Source of the DNA: Hormiphora californensis
Taxonomy: Eukaryota; Animalia; Ctenophora
Assembly: GCA_020137815.1 (NCBI GenBank)
Contig: CM035350.1
Coordinates: 930,001-994,000 of the forward strand
Direction: 5' to 3'
DNA: 64,000 bases
Shown: piece by piece, positions 1-14,024 of the stretch
How positions within the stretch are numbered: the stretch's first letter is position 1
How the letters are laid out: each line of letters starts with the position of its first letter
Program-made: the position numbers and the translations under genes
Notes under the pieces: generated by a model
What the model was told of the DNA's origin: nothing
Database searches by the model: none
Seen by the model: the letters and a program-made list of their open reading frames with translations, nothing else

Positions 1-381
1 GAAGGGGTGTTAGTACTGGGAACTAGGGGGGGGGGGGTGTTAGTACTGGGAATTAGGGGGGAGAGAGAGGGGGTGTTAGTACTGGGAACTAGGGGGGGGG
101 GTGTTAGTACTGGGAACTAGGGGGGGGGGTGTTAGTACTGGGAACTAGGGGGGGGGGGTGTTAGTACTGGGAACTAGGGGGAGAGGTGTTAGTACTGGGA
201 ACTAGGGGGGAAGGGGTGTTAGTACTGGGGGGGAGAGAGAGGGGGGAGAGAGAGGGGGTGTTAGTACTGGGAACTAGGGGGGGGAAGGGGTGTTAGTACT
301 GGGAACTAGGGGGGGGGGGGGGGGAAGGGGTGTTAGTACTGGGAACTAGGGGGGGAGGGGGTGTTAGTACATGGGAACTAG
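1..381. repeat. G-rich minisatellite, unit about 28-35 bp (GGTGTTAGTACTGGGAACTAG + G-run)
   Basis: About 11 copies of gtgttagtactgggaactag separated by variable G-runs. Confidence 0.9.
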
Positions 382-2680
382 CACCTTTACTCTATCTCTC
401 TATCTCTTTCACTATGCGGTCCATCACTCCTCCCCACCTCTCCCTACAATCACCCATCTCTAGCTCTCCCACCTCACCTCTCCCCACAATCACGTCTCTC
501 ATCTCACCTCTCTCACATCTCACCTGTTTGATGGGGAGGAGCAGCGACTAAAGGAGGATGAAAAGGAATCTTCACTTCCGGCTGCCACTGAAATTAAGTG
601 TTTTCAATGTTAGTGTGTACGTGCGTGTGTGAAACTGTGTGGCCAAACGAAGAGAAATCAACAATGGAATCTGAGGGGAACCGCTGAATAAATAAAATGG
701 AGAGAATGATAGAGACAATATATATGAATACACGAGAAAGATAATAGAGTTGAGAATTGAGAGAGCGATAGATATAGAGATAGAGAGAGAGATAGAGAGA
801 GATAGAGCAGGGAGAGGGGAACGTACTTGTTTAAGCGAACTTCCTGCTCGCGTCACATCGATCAGTGTGGAAACATTTTGCTAAAACAGGGGACATGTTA
901 TAACCACAGAGAGTTGGAGCATCCTAAATGGCTAACAAAGATTGGGCAACGGAAGGTTGAAATCAACTTCTTTAAACAGGATAAATTGTATTTCAACCAA
1001 CAATTGGTTACCATTTATTAAATCTGTTTACAATAATTTGACACAAGTTACCAACCATGTATGTACACAGGGGCGGCTCTGCCATGCGGACGATGCGGAC
1101 GCGTCCGCATTTTTAATTTGGATCACGGAGAGAAAAAAAAATTCAAGGAAAAGGGTACAGTGTTTGTTTGTTTGTACTTGCTGCGTCTGGCGAGTGACCT
1201 GCCCGAAAGTAGCGGCGGCCGCACCGAGCACGCTTATTAGGCGCCCCAGCACGTCCACCACTCCGCCGTAGCAAGGCCACCCACCAATCAGTTTATGCAG
1301 AGCATGTTACTTCAGACGCTCCAGGAAGACCGTACAGTGTATACATTTAAAAACAAAAGCGAAAGAAACATAAGAGACATCCATATAATAAATTCCAAAA
1401 TGTTAGTCCGATAATTGTTTTCTCCCTACTCCTCCTACAGTTTTTGAGCTAGACCCCTGAAAATTTGTACACTGGTACTTTGGACCAAGGCGGGTGTAAG
1501 TACGGGCTCAGATTTTTGATCCGATCTTTACAACAGTGACGTCACGGGGTGACGTCATTGCGACAAAAAGACTTACATTTTTCAAACGCTTCTAAGACCC
1601 TGAAAACGGCTCTAAATCAAAAAACTAACGCAATAGTGGGGAAAGAGAATCGTTTGAACTTCATTTTACTTGATAGCGATTTCCCGTAACTCAATGTTTA
1701 AGGGTCGTAAATCGCGTCGGGAAAGTTAAAAATGCCAAAAATACGATATTTTTCACCATAGCCACCCAAAATCTTCTCCAATCGATATGAAACTTGGTCG
1801 GTATGTGAATTTTAATGTCCTTTGGCCAGGGGTTCCCGGAAAACGGATTGGCAAGATGAGAACTGACCGGAGTTCTTATAATTCACGAATTTGGAATTTT
1901 TCGTCGACTTTTTTTTGGCGACATAAAACGCGAACGAGAGGAAATTTTCAATGAATTTTAAAATTTTACACTGCGCGCGTAATTTTAGGTTCCGCGCGCG
2001 GCGTAAAAAAGCAGCGCTTTTTTGGAGAAATTCGCGCGTTACAGTAAATGATTTACCCGCCTCGCCAAAATTGTAATGACCGTTTTTTCAAAAACCCAAT
2101 GTGTATGATAGTAGGAGCGGTTAGATCACCACGTGGTTAAAGTCGCGTGCCACCCCTTTTTTCGCATTGTCATAGCTCCTCGAGGTCGCATCCAATCAAG
2201 AAATGTACAAACGGGTACTCTAGTTAGTATAAAAGGAGAAAGGAACCAAGAAATGAGCGGGTCTTGGGTCTCTGATTGTCCAATAGAAATCAGAAACCAG
2301 TCGATCGAAAGTGGAGTAATCCACTTTCCTTAGTGTCCCTGGAACCCTTTTAGAGCCTGGAGGTCCAAACTCACTTCATTTCACTGGCATACCTCGCCTA
2401 AAAGATACTACCTTTTAGGTGAGACAGAGGCTGAATGGAATCATGTAGTTTTGGCACTTTACAACAGCCTACAGTTTCGACTAGCGAGTTGGTTGAGACC
2501 TCCTGTGGCACAGGAGGGGATCGCCGACTGAGAAATGTCAATTACAACAGCAGGGTGATGCCAGCAGGTGTCATTTTCCAATTGTCGATCGTGTTGTGTT
2601 GCAATCCCTGTCTCAGACCGTCAAAAAGTGCTCACTTGGCCTACGCTGAAGTCCCCAATGAAGCCGTGGAAAACGGGCGC

Positions 2681-2772
2681 TTCTTCTTCTTCTGGGAGGA
2701 CTCTGGCTAGTGCGAAGCACTAGCCAGTAAGGGGTGGGTGCCATGGGGCTCCCGTTCCACGTCCTGGGTGGT
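2681..2772 (-). mobile_element. Short 5'-truncated non-LTR retroelement or SINE-like insertion
   Basis: Flanked by a 10-bp direct repeat AAACGGGCGC (2671-2680, 2773-2782); (GAA)n tail on the minus strand; 11-bp stem-loop at 2703-2727 near the tail. Confidence 0.55.
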
Positions 2773-3478
2773 AAACGGGCGCACTTGGGGTCTGCAGCGC
2801 ATGCCAAAGTCCTCACTGAGGATGTTTTCAGTTTTGTGCCAAAAGTTTTGTTTTAAATTTTGACATCTCAGAAAATAAATAAAAGCTGGATCTGATTTCA
2901 AAACGCGCGACACAGTGCAGCGTTAACATGATACTTATCGCTCCTTACGGGATTTGCAGCGCAAAATCTGAGCTGCGCTTTCTCAAGCTCCATGCCAGCA
3001 AACAAGCTTCAGCTTCAGCTTCACTTTTCGGACGCGGACACGACTTTTCGTTCTGTGTGTTCTAAGTTCTCTCCTGTGTCAGGCGAGACCCGAGATCAGA
3101 GATGTCTTTCTCGAATCTCGTTCACTGAACTTTACTAATAAACTGTTACTAGGTTACTGTTAATTGGTAACTGTACTCAGCTCAGTTTAGAGTTCTGATT
3201 TCAGTCCTCAATAATTTTGCGGAAACTTTGACTTGCGCCTTGCGGCGATAGGTGTTTGTCGTTTGATATATTTAGGTGGACCCACTAAGGGACCCACTAA
3301 GGGAAGGCCTGTTGTATACACTAAAACTTTTATTGTAAACTTTTTGTAAACGGTCTCTGTTACAATCATCAAGTTCATGAAGTTCAATGGTAGTATATTC
3401 AGTAGACCTCTGCCTGCAGTAAGCACTGATTAGTTTATCAGAGATAACTGTGGCTAACCCACTATTTGCATAGCCTAA

Positions 3479-3889
3479 ATGTCAGATCTACATCTCGCTT
3501 TGGCTGGTACCTGGCTCACGGAGAGTGCCGAAAACCTTGAAGAACTTCTCATCGCGTTAAAAGTATCTTTTATCGTTCGGAAAGCTGCCACAAGAGCTAG
3601 TCCCAAGCAGACAATATCTTTTGATGGCATGTCCATGACTATAGAAACAGTGACTCCGATTAAAACTACCAAACACACAAACCCTCTCGATGGAACAGAG
3701 TTTACCGACACCCTCATGGGAAATAGTTTTACTGGCAGCGTCGTGATAAAGGAGAATGGTGTGATTTTCACTGAGGGGGAGATGCCCATGGGAAAGTTAA
3801 CCACACACAGACAGGTAGTTGATGGTAAAATGGTCTTGATAACAGAGATTGGGGATGTTAAGTGTACCAGGGTCTTTAAAAGAGCATAG
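3479..3889 (+). CDS. Fatty acid-binding protein (iLBP/FABP family), intronless, 136 aa
   Basis: LAGTWxTES.ENLEELL.AL.V...VRKAA N-terminus and ..GDVKCTRVFKR C-terminus typical of FABP; expected length. Confidence 0.85.
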   Translation: MSDLHLALAGTWLTESAENLEELLIALKVSFIVRKAATRASPKQTISFDGMSMTIETVTPIKTTKHTNPLDGTEFTDTLMGNSFTGSVVIKENGVIFTEGEMPMGKLTTHRQVVDGKMVLITEIGDVKCTRVFKRA

Positions 3890-4103
3890 AGTGGTTCTCG
3901 CTAGATAATGTTTTTTTTTGTCTTTCAGTTATTTCGGTTTTTATGGGACTATGACAATTGTGTTTATGTATGTGTATTTTTTTTCTTGCTTGTGAATCTG
4001 TAGATTATATTCTTGATTTGTCTTTTAGTAAACACACTTTGTTTTATTAATTGCTAAGGTTCAAAAAGTGTATAATAACAATAACCACACGGTAAATTCT
4101 TAG

Positions 4104-5774
<1,671 letters not shown>

Positions 5775-6628
5775 GTGTGAGAGAGACAACACTGCAGAGT
5801 GTTTTCAGAGACTGTTTTAACGAAAAGTTGCCTTTTTAACTCTATATAATTTGATGCAAAATATTTATATTTCTCCAATACACAATCCTCCAAGAATTCT
5901 TCACTCTCAACAGTAGAGTAATGACAATATACTGAGTTTCTATTGTACGTGTGGCTCTATTGTTTGGATGCTGCGGTGTTAAATTGGGAGGCAATGATGC
6001 CGGGGTAGAATAAAGAGACAAGCATGCAACCTATTGGTCAGGGATCTTTGATTCAATTGACATGTCATGGCAGTCAAATCAACCCTTTGTTCGGCTGCTG
6101 CTGTCTCAGTACATACACACGGAGAGAGACAGGGATGGGCTGTTTTCGCGGGAATCTTCCCGATACACTCTGGTGAGAGTTGTAGTTGTTAGCATTAGGG
6201 TTGCGCGGCTTCTCCCGCCTCTCTCAGCGCTGACAAGTAACGCGCATTGGAGTCTGCTGCGCGGGGATGTCAGGCAGGGAGACCCCGCGCGTTACAGACA
6301 AGTGAGTGTAGTAAATGGAATCAGTGGGAATATATGATCAGGGGGGTTTGGTTACGAAGTCACCCCTATTATTGCATATAGCTAGCGCAGAGGGGGAATT
6401 TCATTACCAACAGGGGGGTGGGGGCTACTAAACAGAGGGTTATTGAGGTCACCATGAGATGAGGGGAACACAGTTTGAAACACGGCTCTTTTTAAAATAA
6501 GTGAACAAAAATAAAGAATACATCATAAGGACATGCATTGCATATATATCGGGAACATAGGGACGGGCAAAAACAAAAAACCACACAACTTTCTGTCATA
6601 AAAACTCTCTCTCTCTATATAAAAGTTT

Positions 6629-8085
6629 CTAAAACTCGTTGGCAGTGTCAGGGTCCTGTTTGGCGGGTTGTAACACATCCTTAACATCATTCCATTCCAA
6701 CATAGCGGGGTTCCTCTTCTTCAAATTCTGCATGTGGTTCCGTACCATCAACACATCAGAGGGAGGGATGAGGGCCTTGAATTGTTTCATACCGATAATG
6801 TGGGTCTGGGTTACATCATCAGTAGCCAGCAACTTGCAGGTCGTGTTACTCTTGTGGTCCTCAGACAGTATAAACCCTATCTTATTGCCGTTAAAGACTG
6901 GCAGGGCGTTAGTGTAACACTCTTTCCAGAAGGCAGTGTTCAGAGACTTTAGTGCCGCCACCTCAGCGTGGAACGACTCATCTTGTGCTGCCACCAGGAT
7001 CTCTAACTTGGCCTTGAAGTGGTTATATAGCCTCAGATCTATAGCGTTCCATTCCAATATCTTCTGCTTGTATATCCTCGTCTACACTGGTCTTGTATTC
7101 ATTGTTCATGGACAACTTCACATAGATGAGCTGCTTTAGATCCCAGCACATTAGCCTCTTCAACAGCACCAAACTCTCATCCTAACATCTCCAGAATCAT
7201 TACTAGGTGGAAATCCTGGTCCACTTTAGCAATAAACTCATCCACCACATCACTATCTTTGAACTTGATAGGGTTGAGTCCCAGATCAAAACTCATGCTA
7301 TTCTGTAACATGTGGTAGATACTATCTGGGGACAACTTAGCAATTCTGTCTGGGTTCCTGAAGAACTCTCTGTAGGGGTTGTGGTACACTTGTAGATTAG
7401 GGATGGCACTCTTGATATCAAAGTTGTTGAACACTGATAGGAACTGGTCTAGAGGGTGACGGAGAAGGGTAGGTGAATATAACTCCATCAGGTAGCAGTC
7501 TCAGGACATCCATCTTATCGTGCCTGATGTACTGGCAGAGGATGTTATACTCCCCGTTAACAGGTCTCACACTCTCCAAATAGTGGGCATTCATCTTTCC
7601 AGGGTAGTTGATGTTCAGTTTGAGAGGGTACATAACAAAGTTGAGGTTGTGCTCTTGGCCGTACCTGGGGAGAGATGGTAGGGGGTTAGATAAGGAGCTG
7701 AGCAGACAACAGAAATACTTAACGTTAAAGTATTGCCACGGTAGACAGACTGATGGCTTATTTTATATCACCTGTAGAAGATGTTGGTAACAGATGATGT
7801 TCCAGTTTGGTGAGTCCTCAGAAAGTACAAGTTATGTTTCCTAACACAGGTCCCATCTTGTCGTGTGGTGGGGACCTGGTACCACTCAGGTGGGTATATC
7901 TTCTTGGGGTTGTACACCCACTTATCAGGTTTCACAGGGCTCACACCCTCTGGGGAGGATGCTGGCTGGAGCTGCCTCTTTCTACTAGCACTAGGTAGTG
8001 ATCTGATCACATAGTAGCAAGCGAAGAGGGCGAATACCACCGCTATTGATTGCCACTCCTTCTTCATCTTCCTTAGTAACGACAT
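6629..8085 (-). CDS. Galactose-3-O-sulfotransferase (GAL3ST/cerebroside sulfotransferase-like), type II membrane protein; one intron about 7665-7772; frameshifts near 7470, 7180 and 7070
   Basis: N-terminal TM anchor; FLRTHQTGTSSVTNIFYR (PAPS-binding region), LLRHPLDQFLS, NSMSFDLG, DQDFHLVMILE, WNAIDLRLYNHF. Confidence 0.85.
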
Positions 8086-8259
8086 GGCTAAAGTGGAGGA
8101 GTGGGAACGTGGAATCATGAGAGAGGCCAGAGGGAGGGGGTGGAAGGTATGTGAATGAGAGGGAGGGGAACTGGATAAGCACTGAGTTAGTTTGACAAGT
8201 TTAGCAATATAAATCTGAAATTGTATAAAAATTATAAAAACGCTGGCCCTATCCAGCAG

Positions 8260-11200
8260 CTACCCGTTAGGACATTTGTTTTTGTTGTGTCCTGGCTGTC
8301 TGCATATCGAACAGAGTCTACCACCTGTTTTACCAGGAGCGGCCCGCTTAGTTCCCCTCTTCTCTCCACCACCACCACCTCCCCCTGCCGTATCATCCGC
8401 CCACTCGAAAAAGTTACAGTTCTCGTCAGTACCAAACTTGTTAGGGCACGCCCAGAATAGTCTACCCTTGTTGGGCCCATCTTTCTGAACAGTCCGTGTT
8501 ACAGCTGATACCCCACACCTACAGTTCACACCCCCTGAGGAGGGAGGGTTCTGGGTCCGGAGTGCACCACTACCACCTCCCCAGCCTTGTGTTGAACCAC
8601 TGTTACCCCGAGTATCCCCGAAACCACCACCACCCCAATTACCACTCTGACCACCGCCACCTCCTCCCCAACTACCTCCACCGCCACCTCTAGAGTTCTG
8701 ACTAGCACCACCACCACCACCACCACCACTGTTAGCACCATCATCAGCCCAGAGGAAGAACCCGCAGGAGGTGCCACTAGTACAGGTATAGAACTGCCTC
8801 CCTTGGTTTCCCTTGTTGTTATTCCTGACAGTTAGTTTCTTAGCATTGACCCCACAGTTACACACCACATCCTCAGAATCACCATTAGTTACACCACCTC
8901 CACCACCACTACCACTACTGGTGTTATTAGACTTGTAGGAGGCAGCACGGGGCATGGGTGTGAAGGTGTTGGGGTCCTCTGAAGGGGCAGTGGTGCGTGT
9001 AGTGGTTCCATTTAGAGAGCGTGTTACTAGCATTCCCCCATTTGTTGGAGCTGTGGTACGAGGGGTAGATGAAGGAGGTCGAGAAGGACGAGACTTGAAC
9101 AGTTTCACACTATCAAACAACTCTGACAGGTCTCTGTCACATACTAAACACCCTGTAGAGGAGAGAGAGGAACCTGTCATTATACGACATAACAGATAAC
9201 AGGTGTTGAGAAAATCAAAATGAAAAACAACTGCTGTGTGTACAAAACTACAAAACAAGTACCTGTGTATTTGGAAGGTATACCGGGTGGGTTCCCTCCT
9301 GATTTGAATACAACATCAACCATCTTAGTATCAGTACAGATCTTACAACTCTGAGTAGAGACGACCACCTGCAGAGCAGCAATCTGTGTTATTACACACG
9401 TGACTTGTGTCATATGATATACAGAGAGAGAATATTGGAGAATATTGGAGAAGGAAGAAAAAAGAAGAGCAAGTAGAAAGCACAACGCATATTATTCCTA
9501 CCTTGGTTACTGAGCTGGGGAAGAAGAGAGAGGCAGTGCACTCAGGAAATGCACTACACCCAGCCATCCTGGTTCCTTTTTGAGTTGTCCTCAGGGTGAC
9601 GTCACCAGACTTACAACTCCTACACGTCATCAACTTTACAACATCAACACGGAACCCCCCGGTACTTTCATCACCACCTCCACCTCCACCTCCTCCTCCT
9701 CCACCCCCTCCCCCTCCTCCACCTCCCCCTCCGCCACCGCCATCACCACCGCCACCCCCTGGCCCTCCCCCGCCTCCTCCACCTCCACCAGTTCCAAAGT
9801 AATCGTGTAGTTTTGAATCTAGGGTTGACACCTCCCTGACCGCTTTCTGGTAGACCTCTTTGTAAAGCTGCAACATCTCCGCTACAACCTCCCCCCTCGT
9901 TTTCTGTCCCTGTGCGATCAGCCCCAGCTGTCTCTCTGTCTCAGCCCTCATAGCAGGTTTACTGAGTCCAATATCAAATGTCATTGAATCATATCCATCC
10001 ACCAGACCCATTCCAAGTTGACCAGGTATAAATCTCTTGTCCGGTGTTAGACCAACATAGGACCGGGTCTTGATGGTCTCAATGTGTTCAGCGTGTGTTG
10101 CATCAGTACCAATACCGTGTCGTTCCATTAACCCAATTAGATCTGACTCAGAAAGAAGAGGGGGCGCTGTTGTCTGACCATCGACCTGGGGATAGAGATA
10201 ATGATACAATTGGTAGATAGAGAGGAAAATACAGATAATGAGAGAGTGTACCATTTCTAGGGAGCTAGGTTGGAACTGTTGCCCTTGTTGTAGCTGTGGT
10301 AGTAGTTTGGCATTCCATTTATCATACACAAACACCAGCAGATAGTTCTTCTCTAGGATGATTAACCTGAACAACAAAACAGACTACATTATAAACTAAA
10401 ATACTATGTGAGACGTCAAATCTGTCTAATCAACATTTAGAATGTATTAAAAACAGGGGTAGTATAGGGCAAAACCAGGAAAAAGAAACGAAGAGAAGAA
10501 ACACACGCACTAAATTTTACTACCTACCCCTTAGCAGTAAATCTCTCCCCTGCAATGTCGATAGTAGCAGTGGTCTCTGTGCCCCTTGCGTCCGCTGACA
10601 GACATGCCAGGAAGTGTCTGGACACATATTCATACACCTTCTTCTCATCACCAGACAGGTTGCTAACACACTTTGTGGGGTGTATTGGGGGATGTGCCTC
10701 GTCTGTCTTGTTACCCTGCCGTGGATTAGGACCCCTCTCAACTACCCCCTGGGCGAAGTTGCCCCAGTCAGGGTGGGAGGTGTGCAGGGCAGCTAGACTT
10801 CTCAGATCCATGGACTTGGGAAACCTAGAGGATAGTTCATGTTATTGGATCGAGGGTGGTGTGGAATGTTGTTTAGACTGTCTTGCAGAGAGAGTAGTAT
10901 CATCAAGACACGCGGATTTGGCAGAACTAAACTCTTCCTTACTTGTTGGTTTCTGTACGAGGGTAGCTGATGATACCCCGACTGTAAAGTGACTCAGCTA
11001 TCTTCATGGCAGTTTGAGCGTTCATCCCCAGTTTCCTACTGGCTACCTTCTCGAACTCAACAGTCTCCAGAGGTAAGGGCCTCCACTTGCTCTTAGGCCT
11101 ACTGTCCACAGTCACCACAGTAGCAGTGGGGTTCTCTAGACATATTGAATAGAGAACAAGGCAGACATCCTGACGGAATAGCCTCCCTCTCTCCCAGAGA

Positions 11201-12016
11201 AACTCTGTCTCTCCTCCCTCAACTTCTATACTAACCTAAAGATAGTACACGGGTTAGACTCATGTATCAAATTACGATATCATGATATAATGATCTGCAT
11301 ACCTTGATCCTATGAAACGTTTCCGGGATGAAAGCCTGAACTTCCTTATAACGCTGAACCACAAAACCAAGCGTGGGAAATTGGCAGGCTCCATAACTCA
11401 CAACATTAGACACATGTTGACTGAAACGGCGCTGCAGGTGCATAGTTTGGAAGCGTGTAAAGGCACATCCTATCCTAAAATCTAGCTCCTGTCGTGCCTC
11501 AACTGCCTCTGATAGTGCGTCATCCAGTCGTACCAAGTTGTTACATGCCCGGGTAATTGAGGCGCCAGTCATTTCTGAAAATCGTGCTCGATACACATCA
11601 AGATTTGGTTTGATTGAGGTACACACGGAGATAATTTCCTGGCCGATATTCTCTCCTTCCCTGTCACAATCTGTCCAGATCACTAACTTATCAGCGGACC
11701 GGCTCTGCTGTTCCAGGGTCAGTTTTATCTTTTTCATATTATCAGGGACTATCTTTAGGATAGGGCAGGAGAAGAGTGACTCCGGATCACATGTGTGCCA
11801 TTTCTTGTACGCTCCTGAAAACTCATAATTCATAAGATGACCAGAGACAGATGTCATGCGATGTGTGGATTGCTGTCCAAATAGAGAGTAAGAAAACTCG
11901 TAGATCTTGTTGTAAACTGATCGTCCCTCCTTCCTCACCATTTGGCCCCCGGATAGGTGGCCCGCAATAGTCTTAGCAGCATCATTCTTCTCAGCAACAT
12001 GCAATATCACTCTCAT
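8260..12016 (-). CDS. TOP3A: DNA topoisomerase III alpha, about 7 exons; C-terminal zf-C4, two GRF zinc fingers and a CCHC knuckle
   Basis: [15 protein letters not shown] Toprim, [20 protein letters not shown] active-site Tyr, [21 protein letters not shown] and [12 protein letters not shown] fingers, [14 protein letters not shown]. Confidence 0.95.
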
Positions 12017-12167
12017 TCTAGACCCCGCCAGGTTCACATCGCTGAGAAGTATATTATAAGTCTGTGTAAATTACATTTTTCAGAAAGTTTACGAAAGTCT
12101 GAAAAATGCTTAAAACTCCTGAAAAATCGAAAAATAAAAAAGAAGTTTTAGATTTCTTGTTTCTTAG

Positions 12168-13495
12168 TAGGCCGGTCATATGACGTTTTTTCTCGGCGTA
12201 AAAGTTGTAAATCTAATTCCACTTCTATGGCACTCTAATAGGTCCCTAGAACCACCAAAAAATTCACCGCACTCTACGCGGTGGAGAACTTGACTTAATT
12301 GGGCCTAATTGGTTACAGGGTACTTTCAGCCTGAAGCCAACACCGTAAGTACCCTTAGAGTAGGAGTAGAGAAAAAAACAAGGGCACTAAAGTGATCAGC
12401 GCCCACACATTAGTGGGGGTAGGTGCTGGAATTAAGTCTCTATCTCATCCCGTTAATTAGATAATCGGATAATTAGATGCGCACATAGCCGTTTTATGGT
12501 TATACGGTAAAAACCATCTTAGGAAACGAGTAGAGAAAAAACCAAGGGCACTAAAGTGTTCAGCGACCTCACATTAGTGGGGGTAGGTGCTGGAATTAAG
12601 TCTCTATCTCATCTGGATAATTAGATAATTGGTTAATTAGATGCGCACATAGCCGTTTTTGGCCATATGGCTATATCCACTTAGGAGAGGCGTAGAGACT
12701 TTTTACAGGCGCCATTTTGTAGGAAATGGCCAAGTTATGGGGGGTCTTCGTCGGACTTTTAAGCTCTATCTCTAACCGTTTAGCCGTTATTAGGCTTTAA
12801 AGGCGCTCAAAATGAGCAAAAAACGGTAAAAAGCCCGATTTTGAGCACCTTTAAAGCCTAATAACGGCTAAACGGTTGGAGATAGAGATTAAAAGTCCGA
12901 CGTAGACCCCCCATAACTTGGCCATTTCCTACAAAATGGCGCCTGTAAAAAGTCTCTACGCGTCTCCTAAGTGGATATAGCCATATGGCCAAAAACGGCT
13001 ATGTGCGCATCCAATTAACCAATTATCTAATTATCCAGATGAGATAGAGACTTAATTCCAGCACCTACCCCCACTAATGTGAGGTCGCTGAACACTTTAG
13101 TGCCCTTGGTTTTTTCTCTACTCGTTTCCTAAGATGGTTTTTACCGTATAACCATAAAACGGCTATGCGCGCATCTAATTATCCAATTATCTAATTAACA
13201 GGATGAGATAGAGACTTAATTCCAGCACCTACCCCCACTAATGTGAGGGCGCTGATCACTTTAGTGCCCTTGTTTTTTTCTCTACTCCTACTCTAAGGGC
13301 ACTTACGGTGTTGGCTTCAGGCTGAAAGTACCCTGTAACCAATTAGGCCCAATTAAGTCAAGTTCTCCACCGCGTGGAGTGCGGTGAATTTTTTTGGTGG
13401 TTCTAGGGACCTATTAGAGTGCCATAGAAGTGGAATTAGATTTACAACTTGAACGCCGATTTTTGATCTACTTTCGACATCATATGACTGGCCTA
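12168..13495. mobile_element. Foldback (palindromic) non-autonomous DNA transposon, about 1.33 kb
   Basis: Termini TAGGCCGGTCATATGA...TCATATGACTGGCCTA; arms inverted almost to a centre at about 12825; internal about 165-bp tandem duplication in each arm. Confidence 0.85.
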
Positions 13496-14024
13496 TAGTT
13501 TCATGATAGTAACTAGTAAGCTGTTCTTTCACAACACAATTCTTGAAGACATGAAGACATAGTCGTTATCTCAAAAAATCAATTTTATCAATTTTATCTC
13601 CTCAATAAATCTTTTTGTTAGCGAGTTTGAGGGGGCAGCAAAATTTGTAAAAGATAAGACAACATCTTAGATAGTAGCACTATAAATAACAAAGAAAGCG
13701 TTTCAAAATCAGTCCCCTGTTTCTTCTTTCGGCTATAATGCTAAACTCTACTATTAGTTTTTGGCAAATTTACTAAAGAGCTTTCCACGCCTTTTAGTTT
13801 AACGCAGATTTATCAAGAAGACTCAAATGCCAACCCTTTCTCACCAGGATGCACTCCCCTCACCCACTGAACCAACCCTCACATGTACTGCACCAGCTTG
13901 CAGCCTTTAGCCAACCGCTGCTATCATGGCCTGAAAGTACAAAAGTAGTAATTGTTGCACCTTATGATTATAATACTTCATTATCATCACCATCACCCCT
14001 CTAATTTACATTCTACCAGGTAAA

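Noticed and set aside
1-381. Repeat array as CRISPR or telomere (also 27200-27495)
   Set aside because: No unique spacers and not TTAGGG; these are minisatellites in a eukaryote
524-880. Two short minus-strand exon-like segments (about 880-827 and 587-524)
   Set aside because: Splice sites are plausible but there is too little sequence to call a gene
2420-2625. Minus-strand GACGGTCTGAGACAGGG resembling RNase P RNA CR-I
   Set aside because: No matching CR-V/P4 partner found; a Rfam cmscan would be needed
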